A DNA stretch of 64,000 nt, from contig CBDFJG010000001.1 in the NCBI GenBank assembly GCA_965248445.1, positions 320,001 through 384,000 on the forward strand, given 5' to 3'. The first letter of the stretch is position 1; each line of letters starts with the position of its first letter. This document shows positions 27,044 to 37,436 of the stretch, piece after piece. The notes beneath the pieces were generated by a model. It did not search any database. It saw only the letters and a program-made list of their open reading frames with translations, and was not told where the DNA came from. The position numbers were made by a program, and so were the translations under genes. Origin of the DNA: Planctomycetota bacterium. Lineage in GTDB: Bacteria; Planctomycetota; JAJSAM01; JAJVHW01.

Positions 27044-27697
27044 ATGCGCACCGTGCTGCAGCTGCTCGTGGCCGGCTTCTTCGTACTCGGCTGCACAGGG
27101 TCGCCAGATGCCGATGTCGCAACCGTTCCCGAGCCGACGACCGCGGCGATCGCGTTGCCGGCCGAGGGGCAGGCTCTGATCGGCACCACGGCGCCGGAGT
27201 GGGCAGAGGACGGCTGGCTCACGAGCGGCCCGCTGGCGCTCGGTGATCTGCGGGGACGGGTCGTACTCCTGCGGTTCTTCACCAATACGTGCCCCTTCTG
27301 CGCGGCGAGCATGCCCGCACTGGAGGGGCTCCACGAGCGGTACCGCGAGAGCGGTCTCGAGGTCGTGGGCTTCTATCACCCCAAGCCGTTCGGCGCAGAG
27401 CACTCGGACGAGAGCGTCCGCGCGCTGCTCGACGCATGGGGTGTGACGTTCCCGATCGCGCTCGACACGCAGTGGTCGACGTTGCGCAGGTACTGGCTCG
27501 ACGGGGGAACGAGAAGCGCAACGTCGGCATCGTTCCTGATCGATCAGGACGGCGTCATCCGGTACCTCCACCCCGGCCCGGAGCTGCACCCGGAGGGAAC
27601 GGCGTGCAACCTGGATCCGAGCGAGTGCGCCCGGCACTACCGCGAACTCGAACACGCGATCCGTGTCCTGACGAAGCAGCTGCCCGCGCCGCGTTGA
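27044..27697 (+). CDS. TlpA/redoxin-family thiol-disulfide lipoprotein
   Basis: Lipobox VLGC; LRGRVVLLRFFTNTCPFC, TFPIALD, FLIDQDGVIRY. Confidence 0.88.
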   Translation: MRTVLQLLVAGFFVLGCTGSPDADVATVPEPTTAAIALPAEGQALIGTTAPEWAEDGWLTSGPLALGDLRGRVVLLRFFTNTCPFCAASMPALEGLHERYRESGLEVVGFYHPKPFGAEHSDESVRALLDAWGVTFPIALDTQWSTLRRYWLDGGTRSATSASFLIDQDGVIRYLHPGPELHPEGTACNLDPSECARHYRELEHAIRVLTKQLPAPR

Positions 27698-27745
27698 CGT
27701 AAGACCAATCAGGTCACGTTGCTGCTCGCCCGATAGCATCGTGGA

Positions 27746-28240
27746 GTGGTGAACGGTCGGATCTGGTTCCCGGGCAATCCATGGCCCGAAGGTCACGCGC
27801 TGAAGGCGCTTGTGTTCGACGGCGTGCTGCTTCCGGAGCGCGGTCTGGCGTTGAACCTGCGCCTCGAGTCGGAGAAGCACTACTCCGAACGAGAGGTCGA
27901 GGAACCCGACGAACCCGTGAGCTCGTTCGCGTCACCGTTCGCTTGGGCGAACTATCACGCGTGCAAGATGAGCGGAGAGCCGTGGAACCGCCGGGGCTGG
28001 CTCGTCGGCACCCCGGGCGCGCCGTTGCGGTTCTCGGAGATCTCCGGAAGGGAGTTCATGGTCGACGCGAGCGACGACGACGACTTCGATGAGGACGACC
28101 CCAACGAGCGCGCGTTCGGCATCTACCTGCAGGGCCACGACGAGGTCGCCGATCACCACATCGGCCTTCTTCGTGGCGACGACCGGACGTGGAGCCTCGC
28201 GTGGACCGGACGCATCGCGCTCTCGTACGCGGGGGACTGC
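27746..28240 (+). pseudogene. hypothetical protein, apparently 3'-truncated
   Basis: Protein-like to ...WTGRIALSYAGD, then low-complexity sequence running antisense into ligD; end coordinate approximate. Confidence 0.45.
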
Positions 28241-28360
28241 GTAACCGTTGCTGCGCAGATGCGGAGGCGTTCGAGGTCGTCCAGCGCGAGCGAGGCCGGC
28301 GGTTCATGCTCAAGGTTTGATGGTCGCAACTCGAGACGTACCCGGCGCAGGCCTGTTGCG

Positions 28361-30423
28361 TTACGACGGCCCGAAGTGCTCCTGGAACGCTGCCAGCGCC
28401 GGGCCGAGACCCTGCTGGTCGGTGAGCACGCCGCGGAAGAGGTCGCCGCGTTCGGCCAGGCGGTGGGGAGCGTTGACGATGGTGAAGTGGGCGGGGTCGA
28501 GGTCGCTGTCGAGTTCGTCCCAGTCGAGCGGCATCGAGACGGAGGCGGCGGGGACGGGGCGCGCGGAGTAGGGCGGCACGACCGTCTGGCCCTTTGAGTT
28601 CTGCAGGTAGTCGACGTACACCTTGCCCTCGCGGCGGCCGACGCTGCGCTCGACCGTCGCGATCTCGCCGTGTTCGTTGACGATCGCGCGCGCGACCATC
28701 TCGGCGAACATGCGCGCCTGCTCGTACGTGTAGGCCGAGACGAGCGGCACGGTGATGTGCAGCCCGGTCTTGCCGCTCGTCTTGAGATACGGCCGCAGTC
28801 CGATGCCACGCAGCAACTTGCCGAGCGCGCGCGCGATGCGGACGACGTGCGCGAACGGAGCGCCCTTCGGATCGAGGTCGAGCACGAACCAGTCAGGTGT
28901 GTCCGGACTCGTGCGGCGCGACATCCACGGGTGCATGTCGATGCTCGCCAGGTTGGCTAGCAGGAGCAGCGTGTCCCGGTCGTTGCAGATGATGTAATTG
29001 ACCGACTTGGACTCGCTCGCGATCCGTTCGGTCTCGACCCAGCCCGGGACGTGGTCGGGCGCGTCCTTGTGATAGAAGGCCTTCCCGTCGATCCCGTCAG
29101 GGAAGCGCTGCATGTGGATCGGACGCTCGTGCAGGTGCGGGAGCAGCAATTCGGCGACGCGGCCGTAGTAGTCGATCAGATCGCCCTTGGTGAGACCGGC
29201 CTCGGGCCAGAACACCTTGTCCCTGTTCGAGATCTTCACGCGGCCGGGTGACTTCGCCGCCGCAGCACCCAGCGCATCCGCAACGCTCTCTGCTCCCGCC
29301 GCCGCAGGCGTCGCCGGAACTCGCCGCCAGTCCTCGGACGCGCCGCCCTTGTAGGTGGACAACGAGCGCTTCGCGATGACGCCGGTCAAGCCCGCGGTTG
29401 CCACCGTGGCGGACAGGCTCGCGCCCTCGCCGAGTACGTGATCCACGTAGAGCAGCCGCCGGGAGGGCGGGAGCAACGCGCCGAGCAACCGCTTGCGCTC
29501 GTAGAGACGGTGTGCACCGAGGCGCCAGTCGTCGAAGTGCAGCAGGTCGAACGCGTAATAGAAGAGAGGCACGCCATTGGCGCCAGCGAGTCGCGCGGCC
29601 AACGCCTCACGGCAGGGCCGCTCCTGTTCGTCGAGGGCCACGAGCACACCGTCGAGTACCGCGGTGTGCGCGTGCAGACGTGCGACCTCGTCGGTCACTT
29701 CGTCGACGTCGGCGGTGACGAGTTTGCCGGTGGAGGCGTCGCGCAGCGTGACCGAGTCGCCGTCCTTCATCGCGAACGCGCGCAGGCCCGCGAACTCGAG
29801 CTCGAACAGCCAGCCGGGGTCAGAGAACGGTGCGACGTCATTGCCCGGGCGCATCGGCTTGCGACGCGTCACGGGCGGCTTGCGCGCAGCGGAGGCGATC
29901 TCCACGTCGAATGGGAACGGCGCCTCTCCTTCCGCGCGCGCGTAGGCATCGCGCGACTTGAAGAAGAGCCAGTCCTTCTCCGAGCGGCGCGTCTTGACGA
30001 GGTGCCACTCGCCGCGGGCACGCGTGCCGTGGAGGATGAACTTCAGCTCACCGCTCGAGATGCCTTCGTCCGTCGGCGGGACGTTCAGGAGTTCATACTC
30101 GCCGCGGTCCCAGATCTTCATCGTGCCGGCGCCGTACTGCCCCTTCGGGATGACGCCCTCGAAGTCGTAGTACTCGAGCGGGTGGTCCTCGGTGCGCACC
30201 GCCAGGTGCTTGTGAGCAGGGAAGTAGGAGAAGCCCTTCGGGATCGCGAACGACTTCAGGACACCCTCCATCTGGAGCCTGAGGTCGTAGTGGAGCCGGC
30301 TTGCCTCGTGCCTGTGGACGACGAAGATCGGGAGGTCCAGATCGCCTGCGGCGAGGCTGGAGCGGGCTCCGGGGTTGCCCCGAAGTCTCGTTTCCGGCGA
30401 TAGTCCTCGAGGCTGTCTGGCAT
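28361..30423 (-). CDS. ligD: LigD (phosphoesterase + degenerate ligase + primase-polymerase), frameshifted at about 30341-30370
   Basis: N-terminus MPDSLEDYRRKRDFGATPEP (ATG 30423) is in one frame, FVVHRHEASRLHYDLRL...PKG...EDHPLEY...YGAG...WDRG in the next; polymerase motifs TKGDLIDYY, RFPDGI, LDLDP, KTSGKTGLH, YVDYLQN. Confidence 0.9.
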
Positions 30424-30528
30424 CGGATGCGGTGTCCAGGGGGCCGGCCGGGTCGATGAGCGGGCCCCGATCGGCCGATGTAGTCTGACACGAGGAACCG
30501 CGTACCTAGCACCCGTGGGGGTATCTCG

Positions 30529-31395
30529 ATGGCTCCGCGCGCCAGTTGGAAGGGCTTTCTCAGGCTCAGTCTGGTCTCCATCCCGGTCAAGTCGTACTCC
30601 GCGAACTCGACCGGTGCCGAGATCCGGCTGAACCAGCTCCACGAGGAGTGCCACAGCCGGATCAAGTACCAGAAGGCGTGCCCCCAGCACGGTGTCGTCG
30701 GCAACGACGAGATCGTGAAGGGGTACGAGTACGCCAAGGACCAGTACGTCGTCATCGACGCCGATGAGATCGCCAAGCTGCGAGCCGAGAGCGACAAGAC
30801 CGTGACGATGGAAGGCTTCATCCCGGCGGATGCGATCGACCCGGTGTTCTTCTCCGGCCGCACGTCGTACGTCGCCCCCGACGGTGTCGCGGGTCTCAAG
30901 CCGTACCACCTGCTCATGCAGACGATGGAGGCTCGCGGCCTGAACGCGCTCGCGCGAATGGTCACCTCCGGAAAGGTGAGCCTCGTCCTCGTCCGGCCGC
31001 TGGACGGAATCCTCGCGCTGACGCAGCTGAGCTACGCCGACGCCGTCAAGCCGGTGGACGAATTCAGCGACCTCGTCGGCGAGGCGGAGTTCGCGGACGC
31101 CGAGCGCAAGCTGACCGAGACGCTCATCGACGCATCGCTGTTGTCGGAGTTCGACTTCTCGAGCTACGAGAACGAGCAGGTCCGTGACATGCACAAGCTC
31201 ATCCAGTCGAAGGTGGACGGCGAAGAGCTCGTCAGTGCGCCCAGCCAGGAGGAGCCGAAGATCCTCAACCTCATGGAGGCGCTGAAGGCCAGCGTCGCGG
31301 AGGCCCAGGCCGCGCCGGCCAAGGCGCCTGCGAAGAAGATGGCGAAGAGCGCGCGCAAGAAGCGCTCGGCAGCGAGCAAGCGCAAGAGCGGGTAA
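30529..31395 (+). CDS. ku: non-homologous end-joining protein Ku
   Basis: MAPRASWKGFLRLSLVSIPVK, LNQLH..C.SRIKY, IVKGYEY.KDQYV, NLMEALKAS, basic K/A-rich tail. Confidence 0.96.
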   Translation: MAPRASWKGFLRLSLVSIPVKSYSANSTGAEIRLNQLHEECHSRIKYQKACPQHGVVGNDEIVKGYEYAKDQYVVIDADEIAKLRAESDKTVTMEGFIPADAIDPVFFSGRTSYVAPDGVAGLKPYHLLMQTMEARGLNALARMVTSGKVSLVLVRPLDGILALTQLSYADAVKPVDEFSDLVGEAEFADAERKLTETLIDASLLSEFDFSSYENEQVRDMHKLIQSKVDGEELVSAPSQEEPKILNLMEALKASVAEAQAAPAKAPAKKMAKSARKKRSAASKRKSG

Positions 31396-31408
31396 CTTCA
31401 CCCGCCCG

Positions 31409-32341
31409 ATGACTCGCGTCCCCGACACCCCTCGCCTCCCCGACACAGTGGCTCCGATGCTCGCCGAGAAGGCGGAGCCGTTCGACTCCGACGAGCATGT
31501 CTTCGAGATCAAATGGGACGGCATTCGCGTCGTAGCCTTCGTCGAGGACGGCGGCTACCGGTTGCAGAACCGAAAGCTGAACGACTGCACGCACCAGTAC
31601 CCGGAACTCGACGGGATCGGCGCGCTGCCCGCGGGGACGGTGCTCGACGGCGAGATCGTGATCCTGATCGATGACGTTCCTGACTTCCAGCGAATGCAGC
31701 GTCGCTGGATGACGACGGGCGAGCACGACGTGGCGCGACTGGCCGCCGAGGCCCCTGCGACGTTCATCGCGTTCGATCTGCTCTACGACGAGTTCGAGTC
31801 CGTCATGGACCGCGCGCTGTCCGAGCGCCGTGAGCGGCTGGAGGCAGTGGTGCGCCCCGCCGAGGGTCCGCGTCTGGCGTTCTCCGCCGGCGTCGTCGGA
31901 GGCGGGAAGGCGTTCTTCGAAGAAGCGCGCAAGAAGGACCTCGAGGGGATCATGGCGAAGAAGCTGCGCAGCCGCTACCGCCCCGGCCGACGCAGCGACG
32001 CGTGGATGAAGATCAAGTCGCGCAAGACCATGCACTGCGTGATCATCGGGTTCTTGCCGGAGGACGAGGACGTGCGGAGTCTGGTCGTCGCGGCGCCGGA
32101 CGAGAACGGCGCTCTGCGCAGCGTGGGACGAGTGGGAAGCGGCCTCGGCGCCGTCCTGCGCAAGAGTCTCGGCAAGCGCCTGCGCGAGCGCGTACGCAGC
32201 GCGCCCGTCGTGCAGTGCGAGACGGCCCCAGCCGACGCCGTGTGGGTCGAGCCCGAGCTCTTCTGCGTCGTGAGTTTTGCCGAGCAGACGCACGGCGGAG
32301 AGCTGCGTCACCCGGTGTTCGAAGGACTTGTCGACGGATGA
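31409..32341 (+). CDS. stand-alone ATP-dependent DNA ligase (LigD ligase-domain type)
   Basis: PMLA, FEIKWDGIR (motif I), LDGEIV, FDLL, EGIMAK...SRYRPGRRS.AWMKIK, VGRVGSG, WVEP, LRHPVF. Confidence 0.93.
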   Translation: MTRVPDTPRLPDTVAPMLAEKAEPFDSDEHVFEIKWDGIRVVAFVEDGGYRLQNRKLNDCTHQYPELDGIGALPAGTVLDGEIVILIDDVPDFQRMQRRWMTTGEHDVARLAAEAPATFIAFDLLYDEFESVMDRALSERRERLEAVVRPAEGPRLAFSAGVVGGGKAFFEEARKKDLEGIMAKKLRSRYRPGRRSDAWMKIKSRKTMHCVIIGFLPEDEDVRSLVVAAPDENGALRSVGRVGSGLGAVLRKSLGKRLRERVRSAPVVQCETAPADAVWVEPELFCVVSFAEQTHGGELRHPVFEGLVDG

Positions 32342-33465
32342 CCCGTCTGCATGGCCGCCGCGTCGCGTTTACGGGACGACTGTCTGCGATGAAGCGCGAC
32401 GAAGCCGCCGCCGCGATCCGCGAGCACGGCGGCGAGTTCGTTTCGAGCGTCTCTCGCAAGACCGATCTGCTGGTCGTCGGACAGGAGGGCTCTCCGCTCG
32501 CCAAGGACGGCGGACTCACGCTGAAGCTTCTGCGCGCGCGCGAGCTGGCAGACGAAGGACACGCAATCGAGATCCTCTCCGAGGACGAGTTCCTCGCGGA
32601 GCTCGGGCGAGAACGCGAGTCGCGTCACTACACGCTCGCGCAGCTCAGCCGGATCCTCGGCATCTCCGGTGCGCGACTCCGCACGTGGGTGCGCAAGGGA
32701 CTGGTGAAGCCGATCCGCACCGAACACCGGCTGCACTACTTCGAGTTCCGCGACGTAGCCGCCGCGAAGGCCGTCGCCGAGCTCGTTCAATCCGGCGTGT
32801 CGCCCGAACGCATCCGAGCGAGCGTCGCCGAACTGGCGGCGTGGCTGCCGGCGTCCGGCGACCCGTTCCTCGAGGTCGGGCTCGAGAAGCTCGGACGCGA
32901 TCTCGTAGTGCGTCTCGACGACGGTCAGCTCGCGGACACGCGCGGGCAGTTCCAGTTCGACTTCGATGCTCCCGCCGACGTGCGCCCGATGCCGTCAGCC
33001 GTGTCGGAGCCCGAGCCACTGAGCTGGTTCGAGCAGGGTCTCGCCCGCGAGGACGCCGGCGATCCGGCCGGCGCCGCACGCGCGTACGGGCTCGCGATCG
33101 CAGAGGACCGACAGAGCCCCGAGACGTACTTCAACCTCGGCAACGTGCTCTTCGAACTCGGACGGAAGGAGGACGCCGCGCGTCGTTTCGAGGAGGCCGT
33201 GGCACTCGACACGAACTACGTCGAGGCCTGGAACAACCTCGGCAACGCGCTTGCCGACTCCGGCCGAAGGGACGACGCCGTCCGCGCGTTCGAGCGGGCG
33301 CTCCTGATCGCCCCGGACTACGCGGACGCGCACTACAACGCCGCCGAGGTCCTCTACGCTGTCGGCCGCCAGGACGCCGCGCGCTGCCACTGGCGTGCTT
33401 ACCTCGCCCTCGACGGCGCGAGCACCTGGGCCGAGCACGTACGCAGTCGCCTCGACGAGGCCTAG
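32338..33465 (+). CDS. BRCT + MerR-type HTH + TPR protein
   Basis: VAFTGRLSAMKRDEA...GGEFVSSVSRKTDLLVVG...ILSEDEFL (BRCT); YTLAQLSRILGISGARLRTWVRKGLVKP (MerR HTH); YFNLGNVL, AWNNLGNAL, DAHYNAA (TPR); ATGA overlap with the ligase gene. Confidence 0.9.
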   Translation: MTRLHGRRVAFTGRLSAMKRDEAAAAIREHGGEFVSSVSRKTDLLVVGQEGSPLAKDGGLTLKLLRARELADEGHAIEILSEDEFLAELGRERESRHYTLAQLSRILGISGARLRTWVRKGLVKPIRTEHRLHYFEFRDVAAAKAVAELVQSGVSPERIRASVAELAAWLPASGDPFLEVGLEKLGRDLVVRLDDGQLADTRGQFQFDFDAPADVRPMPSAVSEPEPLSWFEQGLAREDAGDPAGAARAYGLAIAEDRQSPETYFNLGNVLFELGRKEDAARRFEEAVALDTNYVEAWNNLGNALADSGRRDDAVRAFERALLIAPDYADAHYNAAEVLYAVGRQDAARCHWRAYLALDGASTWAEHVRSRLDEA

Positions 33466-33480
33466 CTCTCCTCGCAACCG

Positions 33481-34650
33481 CTAGGGGAAGCTCGTCGTCC
33501 CGAACTTGTTGTCCTCGAAGGTGTTCGACCCCTCCGCAGGGTTGCTCTGCAGATCGACGATCGTGCTGCCGCTGACCTTGTTCCCGCGCAGCGTGTTGCC
33601 GCCTTGGGTGAGCAGGAACCCCTCGCCGGTGGTCTTCTTGATCACGTTGTTCTCGTAGAGGGCATCCGTCCCGCGAGCGGCGATGCCCTGGCCCGTGGCC
33701 TTGTTGACCCTGTTGCCGGTGACGGTCGACATCGAGGCGTTGTTGACGATCCCGCCCAGCCGGGCGTCGGTGATCTTGTTGTCCGAGATGTCGATTCCGG
33801 TGGCGAGGAACGTGTTCCCGATGCCGAGTCCGTCCGAATCCTTGATGTTGTTCCGCGTGACCGTGACCTGCACCGAGAAGATCCGCACGCCTCCCGACTG
33901 ACCGATGCCCTTCATGCGGTTCTTCGAGACCACTGCACCCGTCGAGTCGCCGGTGCTCGAGCGCACCCCGCCCTCGCAGTCTGTGAACCGGTTACGGTCG
34001 CAGATGAACCGCAGCGCCTGGAAGAAGACCCCCCGATCGAGAATCCCGCGGAAGCGGTTCTTCACGACGGTGACGTCTTCGCCGACGACGACCGAGACGC
34101 CGTCGTCCAGTCCGGCTTCGAGGCGGCACTTCGTGACGATCAGCCGGTCACTCTCCGAGCCGTCGATTCCGATGTGACTCCCCGCGCCCGCCGCCGTGCC
34201 GCCGACCTTGGTCTTCTCCACGACGACGTCGTCGGACATCTGCACTCGCACGCCGGCCTGCGCAGGCGACTCCACTGTGCACTTCGTCACGGTGCAGCCG
34301 GGGGAAGCACTGATGAGCACGCCGTGGCCCTCGCCCTCGACCACCACGACCTTCGAGAGTACGACGTTGGTGCAGTTCACGATCTGGATCTGCGGCATCG
34401 CGCCACCGTCGCCGATCCTCGGCTTGCCCTTACCGACGATCACGATGTCATCGAGACTGCTCATCACCAGCCGCTCGGGGTACGTGCCCTTCTTGATGAC
34501 GAGCTTGTCGCCGTTCTCGAGTTGAGCGACGGCGTCCGCCAGCGGCGTCTCGCCCTGCGCTCCCGGCTTGACGGTGACAGTTGCGGCCGCCGCGACGACA
34601 CCGAAGGCGAGCACGAGGGTTGCGACGAAGCACACAAATCGAATCGACAT
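33481..34650 (-). CDS. exported right-handed beta-helix protein (paralog 3)
   Basis: Signal peptide; LADAV..LENGDKLVIKKGTYPE; ends NTFEDNKFG. Confidence 0.86.
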   Translation of the reverse strand: MSIRFVCFVATLVLAFGVVAAAATVTVKPGAQGETPLADAVAQLENGDKLVIKKGTYPERLVMSSLDDIVIVGKGKPRIGDGGAMPQIQIVNCTNVVLSKVVVVEGEGHGVLISASPGCTVTKCTVESPAQAGVRVQMSDDVVVEKTKVGGTAAGAGSHIGIDGSESDRLIVTKCRLEAGLDDGVSVVVGEDVTVVKNRFRGILDRGVFFQALRFICDRNRFTDCEGGVRSSTGDSTGAVVSKNRMKGIGQSGGVRIFSVQVTVTRNNIKDSDGLGIGNTFLATGIDISDNKITDARLGGIVNNASMSTVTGNRVNKATGQGIAARGTDALYENNVIKKTTGEGFLLTQGGNTLRGNKVSGSTIVDLQSNPAEGSNTFEDNKFGTTSFP

Positions 34651-34803
34651 CCGGACACCTCCACGAATTTTCACTCTCCGAGCGACTCATCATAGGAGGG
34701 CACAACTGCCGAGACCGGTGAACAAACGCGCTCGGCTGCTCGGCGCCGACGCCGCGCACCGGTCTGTCGCCGCGACGCCGCCCGCCGCTGTATGATGCTC
34801 CCG

Positions 34804-35259
34804 ATGTCCGTCGAGAAGCAGAACGCCGAGATCGTGAGGACCTGGTTCGAGGGCGGCGTCTGGGGCAACCCCGACGTGCGCGCGGCGGAGGCCTACATCG
34901 ACGCGCACTACGCCGCGGACGGTCGTGCGTACGGAATCGGCGGGACGTTCGTCGAGGGACCCGCGGCGTTCAAGGAGTTCCGTGCGGCGATGGTCGCCCG
35001 ATTCCCCGACATCCGGTTCTCGGTCGAAGAGGTGTTGACGACGGGCGACAGCGTGGCGGTCCGTTTCACCGGACGCATGACGTACCGCGGGATCGCGGCG
35101 GAGCTCCCGGCCGGGGCGTTCGTGGTGATGCGCGACAGCCAGATCGTCGAGGCGCGGAACCTCGTGAACTTTCTGGACCTCCTGGAGCAGATCGGTGCGC
35201 TGCCAGAGGAGTGCTTCGCGAGTTTTCTCGCGAGCGGGACGCTCGGTACGGAGTCGTAG
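34804..35259 (+). CDS. SnoaL-like ester cyclase-family protein
   Basis: NAEIVRTWFE.VW, GPAAFKEF....ARFPDIRFSVEE, GDSVAVR, IVEARN. Confidence 0.82.
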   Translation: MSVEKQNAEIVRTWFEGGVWGNPDVRAAEAYIDAHYAADGRAYGIGGTFVEGPAAFKEFRAAMVARFPDIRFSVEEVLTTGDSVAVRFTGRMTYRGIAAELPAGAFVVMRDSQIVEARNLVNFLDLLEQIGALPEECFASFLASGTLGTES

Positions 35260-35261
35260 TT

Positions 35262-35333
35262 CCGAGACCGGACTCAATCTCGTCACGGACTGCTGGGGTT
35301 CACGCCGTGACGCGATTGAGTCCGGTCTCGGTA
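35262..35333. repeat. 27-bp inverted repeat (REP-like unit)
   Basis: CCGAGACCGGACTCAATCTCGTCACGG (35262-35288) / CCGTGACGCGATTGAGTCCGGTCTCGG (35305-35331), one mismatch. Confidence 0.85.
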
Positions 35334-35517
35334 TCCGGCACGACGCCGCGACCACCTGTGGCCAGGCACGTCCGAAGCCGCCTCGACGAGGCGTAGGGCG
35401 ACCGGCGCCGCCTCGGCGCGAGTGCGGGTGAGCCGGTCTCGGTAGGCTGCGGCTGTACGGTTTTCGAGAATCCCTGCACCGTTTCCGGCACTGACGGCAA
35501 CTGCGTAGGTGAGAGCG

Positions 35518-37383
35518 ATGAGCCAGATGTCCCCGCCGCCGACCCCGCCGCCGACCCCGCCACCGGGCGCCGCCCCTATCGAGGCGCTTCTGGCCCACAG
35601 GGAGTGGGTCCGAGCGCTCGCACGCAGCCTCGTTCGCGATGAGAGCTCCGCCGACGACGTCGTCCAACAGACGTGGCAGGCGGCGCTCCAGAACCCGCCC
35701 GCCAAGCTGAGCGCCGCGCGCGCTTGGCTCGGATCCGTGGTCCGCCGCACCGTGCGGGACAGTCAGCGCCGACACGTCCGGCGGGAGCGTCGCGAGCTGT
35801 CCGCCGCGCGGCCGGAGGGACTCCCTGCGACCGCCGATGTCGTGGCCCGCGTGGAGATCGATCGCGCGGTCGTCAACTCGGTGGCGGAGCTTCCCGAGCC
35901 GTACCGCACGACTCTCCTCCTTCGTTTCTACGACGGCCTCCCTCCGCGGGACGTGGCCGCGCGGATGGGTGTCCCCGTCGAGACGGTGCGTGCTCGCACG
36001 CGCCGCGCTCTCGAGCGTGTTCGGGGCGGCCTCGACGCGCGTCACGGCGGCGAACGCGGCGTATGGAAGGCCGCGCTGGTCCCGTTCCTCGCGGGACCGG
36101 GCGGTCCCGCGACTGCTGACATCGCGCCCGACACGCCTGCGACGGGAGGGACGGCCGCCGGCACCGCGAGCGGACCGCTGGCACCACTGGTGACCACGTT
36201 CGCGGCCGCGCTCGGGTCCTTCGTGCTCGGCGTCGTGGGCGCGCGCCTGATGAACACGGACGCCACGGACGCGGCTGGTCGTGGCGCTGCGGCCCCGACG
36301 CACGAAGCGCTCGTGACAGCGGAGCGCGCCGTCGACGCCGACAGGAAACACCTCGCGCGAACCCGTGCGCGCATCAACGACGTCCGTGCCTCGGCGGACG
36401 ACCTCGAGCATCAGCTCGCGCAAGTCCGGCGCGCGGTGCTCGCGGCCAGCGCGTCGGCGCCGCAGCCGGACTCGAGTGACGACGTGGAGCGCGTGCCGTT
36501 CGAGCGACCGGTCCGCTTTCCGGCGTTCGACGCGGCGCTGTCGAGCGTGGACTGGGATGATCTCGGCGAGCACATCGCCCGCATGGTCTTGCTCCTTGGC
36601 GAGATCCACAGGGACGTGAACGCGGGCCGCGCGCTGCGACCGGCAGCCATCGGAGAGGTGCAAGCCCACAACGGGGCGCTGCTCTCCGTCGTCGGGCCGC
36701 TCGACGAGTCGTTCCCCGGCGGCGCGGCGAACACCGCCCTCACGCATCCTGCGTTCATGGCAACGCTGGTGGCGGCCGTCTGCCATGCCCGAGACCTGCC
36801 CCTCAGCGCCGAGCAGATCACGGCCCTCGATCGCGCGGCGAAGGACGCCTCGCTCGCGGTCGCGCGGACCGTGGACGAGACGCGCGAGTTCCGGCTCGCG
36901 GCGGTGATCGACGAGACCCGCGCGAAGCTCGAGTTCACGAACGCTCTGCGCACTCTGCTCACGCCGGAACAGCGAGCGCTTCTCGGGGACGATGCGACGC
37001 GCGGCGTGGTCGGCTACGACCTCTTCGGCCCCGGACCCGTCTGGGTCACGTCGCTCGAGACAGGGAGGTTCTCCTCCGGGGACGACCTCAGCATGCGCAT
37101 CGCGACCGGCATTGGCCGTGAGCTCGAGCTCGATACGCAACAGCAGAACGCGTTGAACGGCATCGTCGCCGAGTGGGTCAACACCCTGCCTGACGAGTAC
37201 CTCGGACGAGCGTCGAGCCCGGTCGAGGAGCGCGACGAGGCGCATCACCTGGAGGTCGTCCTGACGGCCGCGCAGTACATGCTCGATCTGATGCGGCGCG
37301 TCAGCGAACTGGATCTCACGGCCGACCAGCGCGCGTCCATCCGGAACTCGCGCGAGGTCATGGTTCTGCGACGCACGGACTGA
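35518..37383 (+). CDS. ECF sigma-70 factor with transmembrane helix and large C-terminal extension
   Basis: WVRALARSLV.D...ADDVVQQTW, ARAWL, LPEPYRTTLLLRFYDGL...VA..MGVPVETVRAR..RAL; hydrophobic helix FAAALGSFVLGVVGA, coiled coil, then a helical domain. Confidence 0.9.
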   Translation: MSQMSPPPTPPPTPPPGAAPIEALLAHREWVRALARSLVRDESSADDVVQQTWQAALQNPPAKLSAARAWLGSVVRRTVRDSQRRHVRRERRELSAARPEGLPATADVVARVEIDRAVVNSVAELPEPYRTTLLLRFYDGLPPRDVAARMGVPVETVRARTRRALERVRGGLDARHGGERGVWKAALVPFLAGPGGPATADIAPDTPATGGTAAGTASGPLAPLVTTFAAALGSFVLGVVGARLMNTDATDAAGRGAAAPTHEALVTAERAVDADRKHLARTRARINDVRASADDLEHQLAQVRRAVLAASASAPQPDSSDDVERVPFERPVRFPAFDAALSSVDWDDLGEHIARMVLLLGEIHRDVNAGRALRPAAIGEVQAHNGALLSVVGPLDESFPGGAANTALTHPAFMATLVAAVCHARDLPLSAEQITALDRAAKDASLAVARTVDETREFRLAAVIDETRAKLEFTNALRTLLTPEQRALLGDDATRGVVGYDLFGPGPVWVTSLETGRFSSGDDLSMRIATGIGRELELDTQQQNALNGIVAEWVNTLPDEYLGRASSPVEERDEAHHLEVVLTAAQYMLDLMRRVSELDLTADQRASIRNSREVMVLRRTD

Positions 37384-37436
37384 CGAACAGAAACAAACAC
37401 CGCAAGCTGGGCGCCGTCGAGCGGCGCCCGAGGAGA

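Noticed and set aside
30341..30370. Programmed -1 frameshift in ligD
   Set aside because: No X XXY YYZ slippery site; other unrelated indels in the window suggest errors
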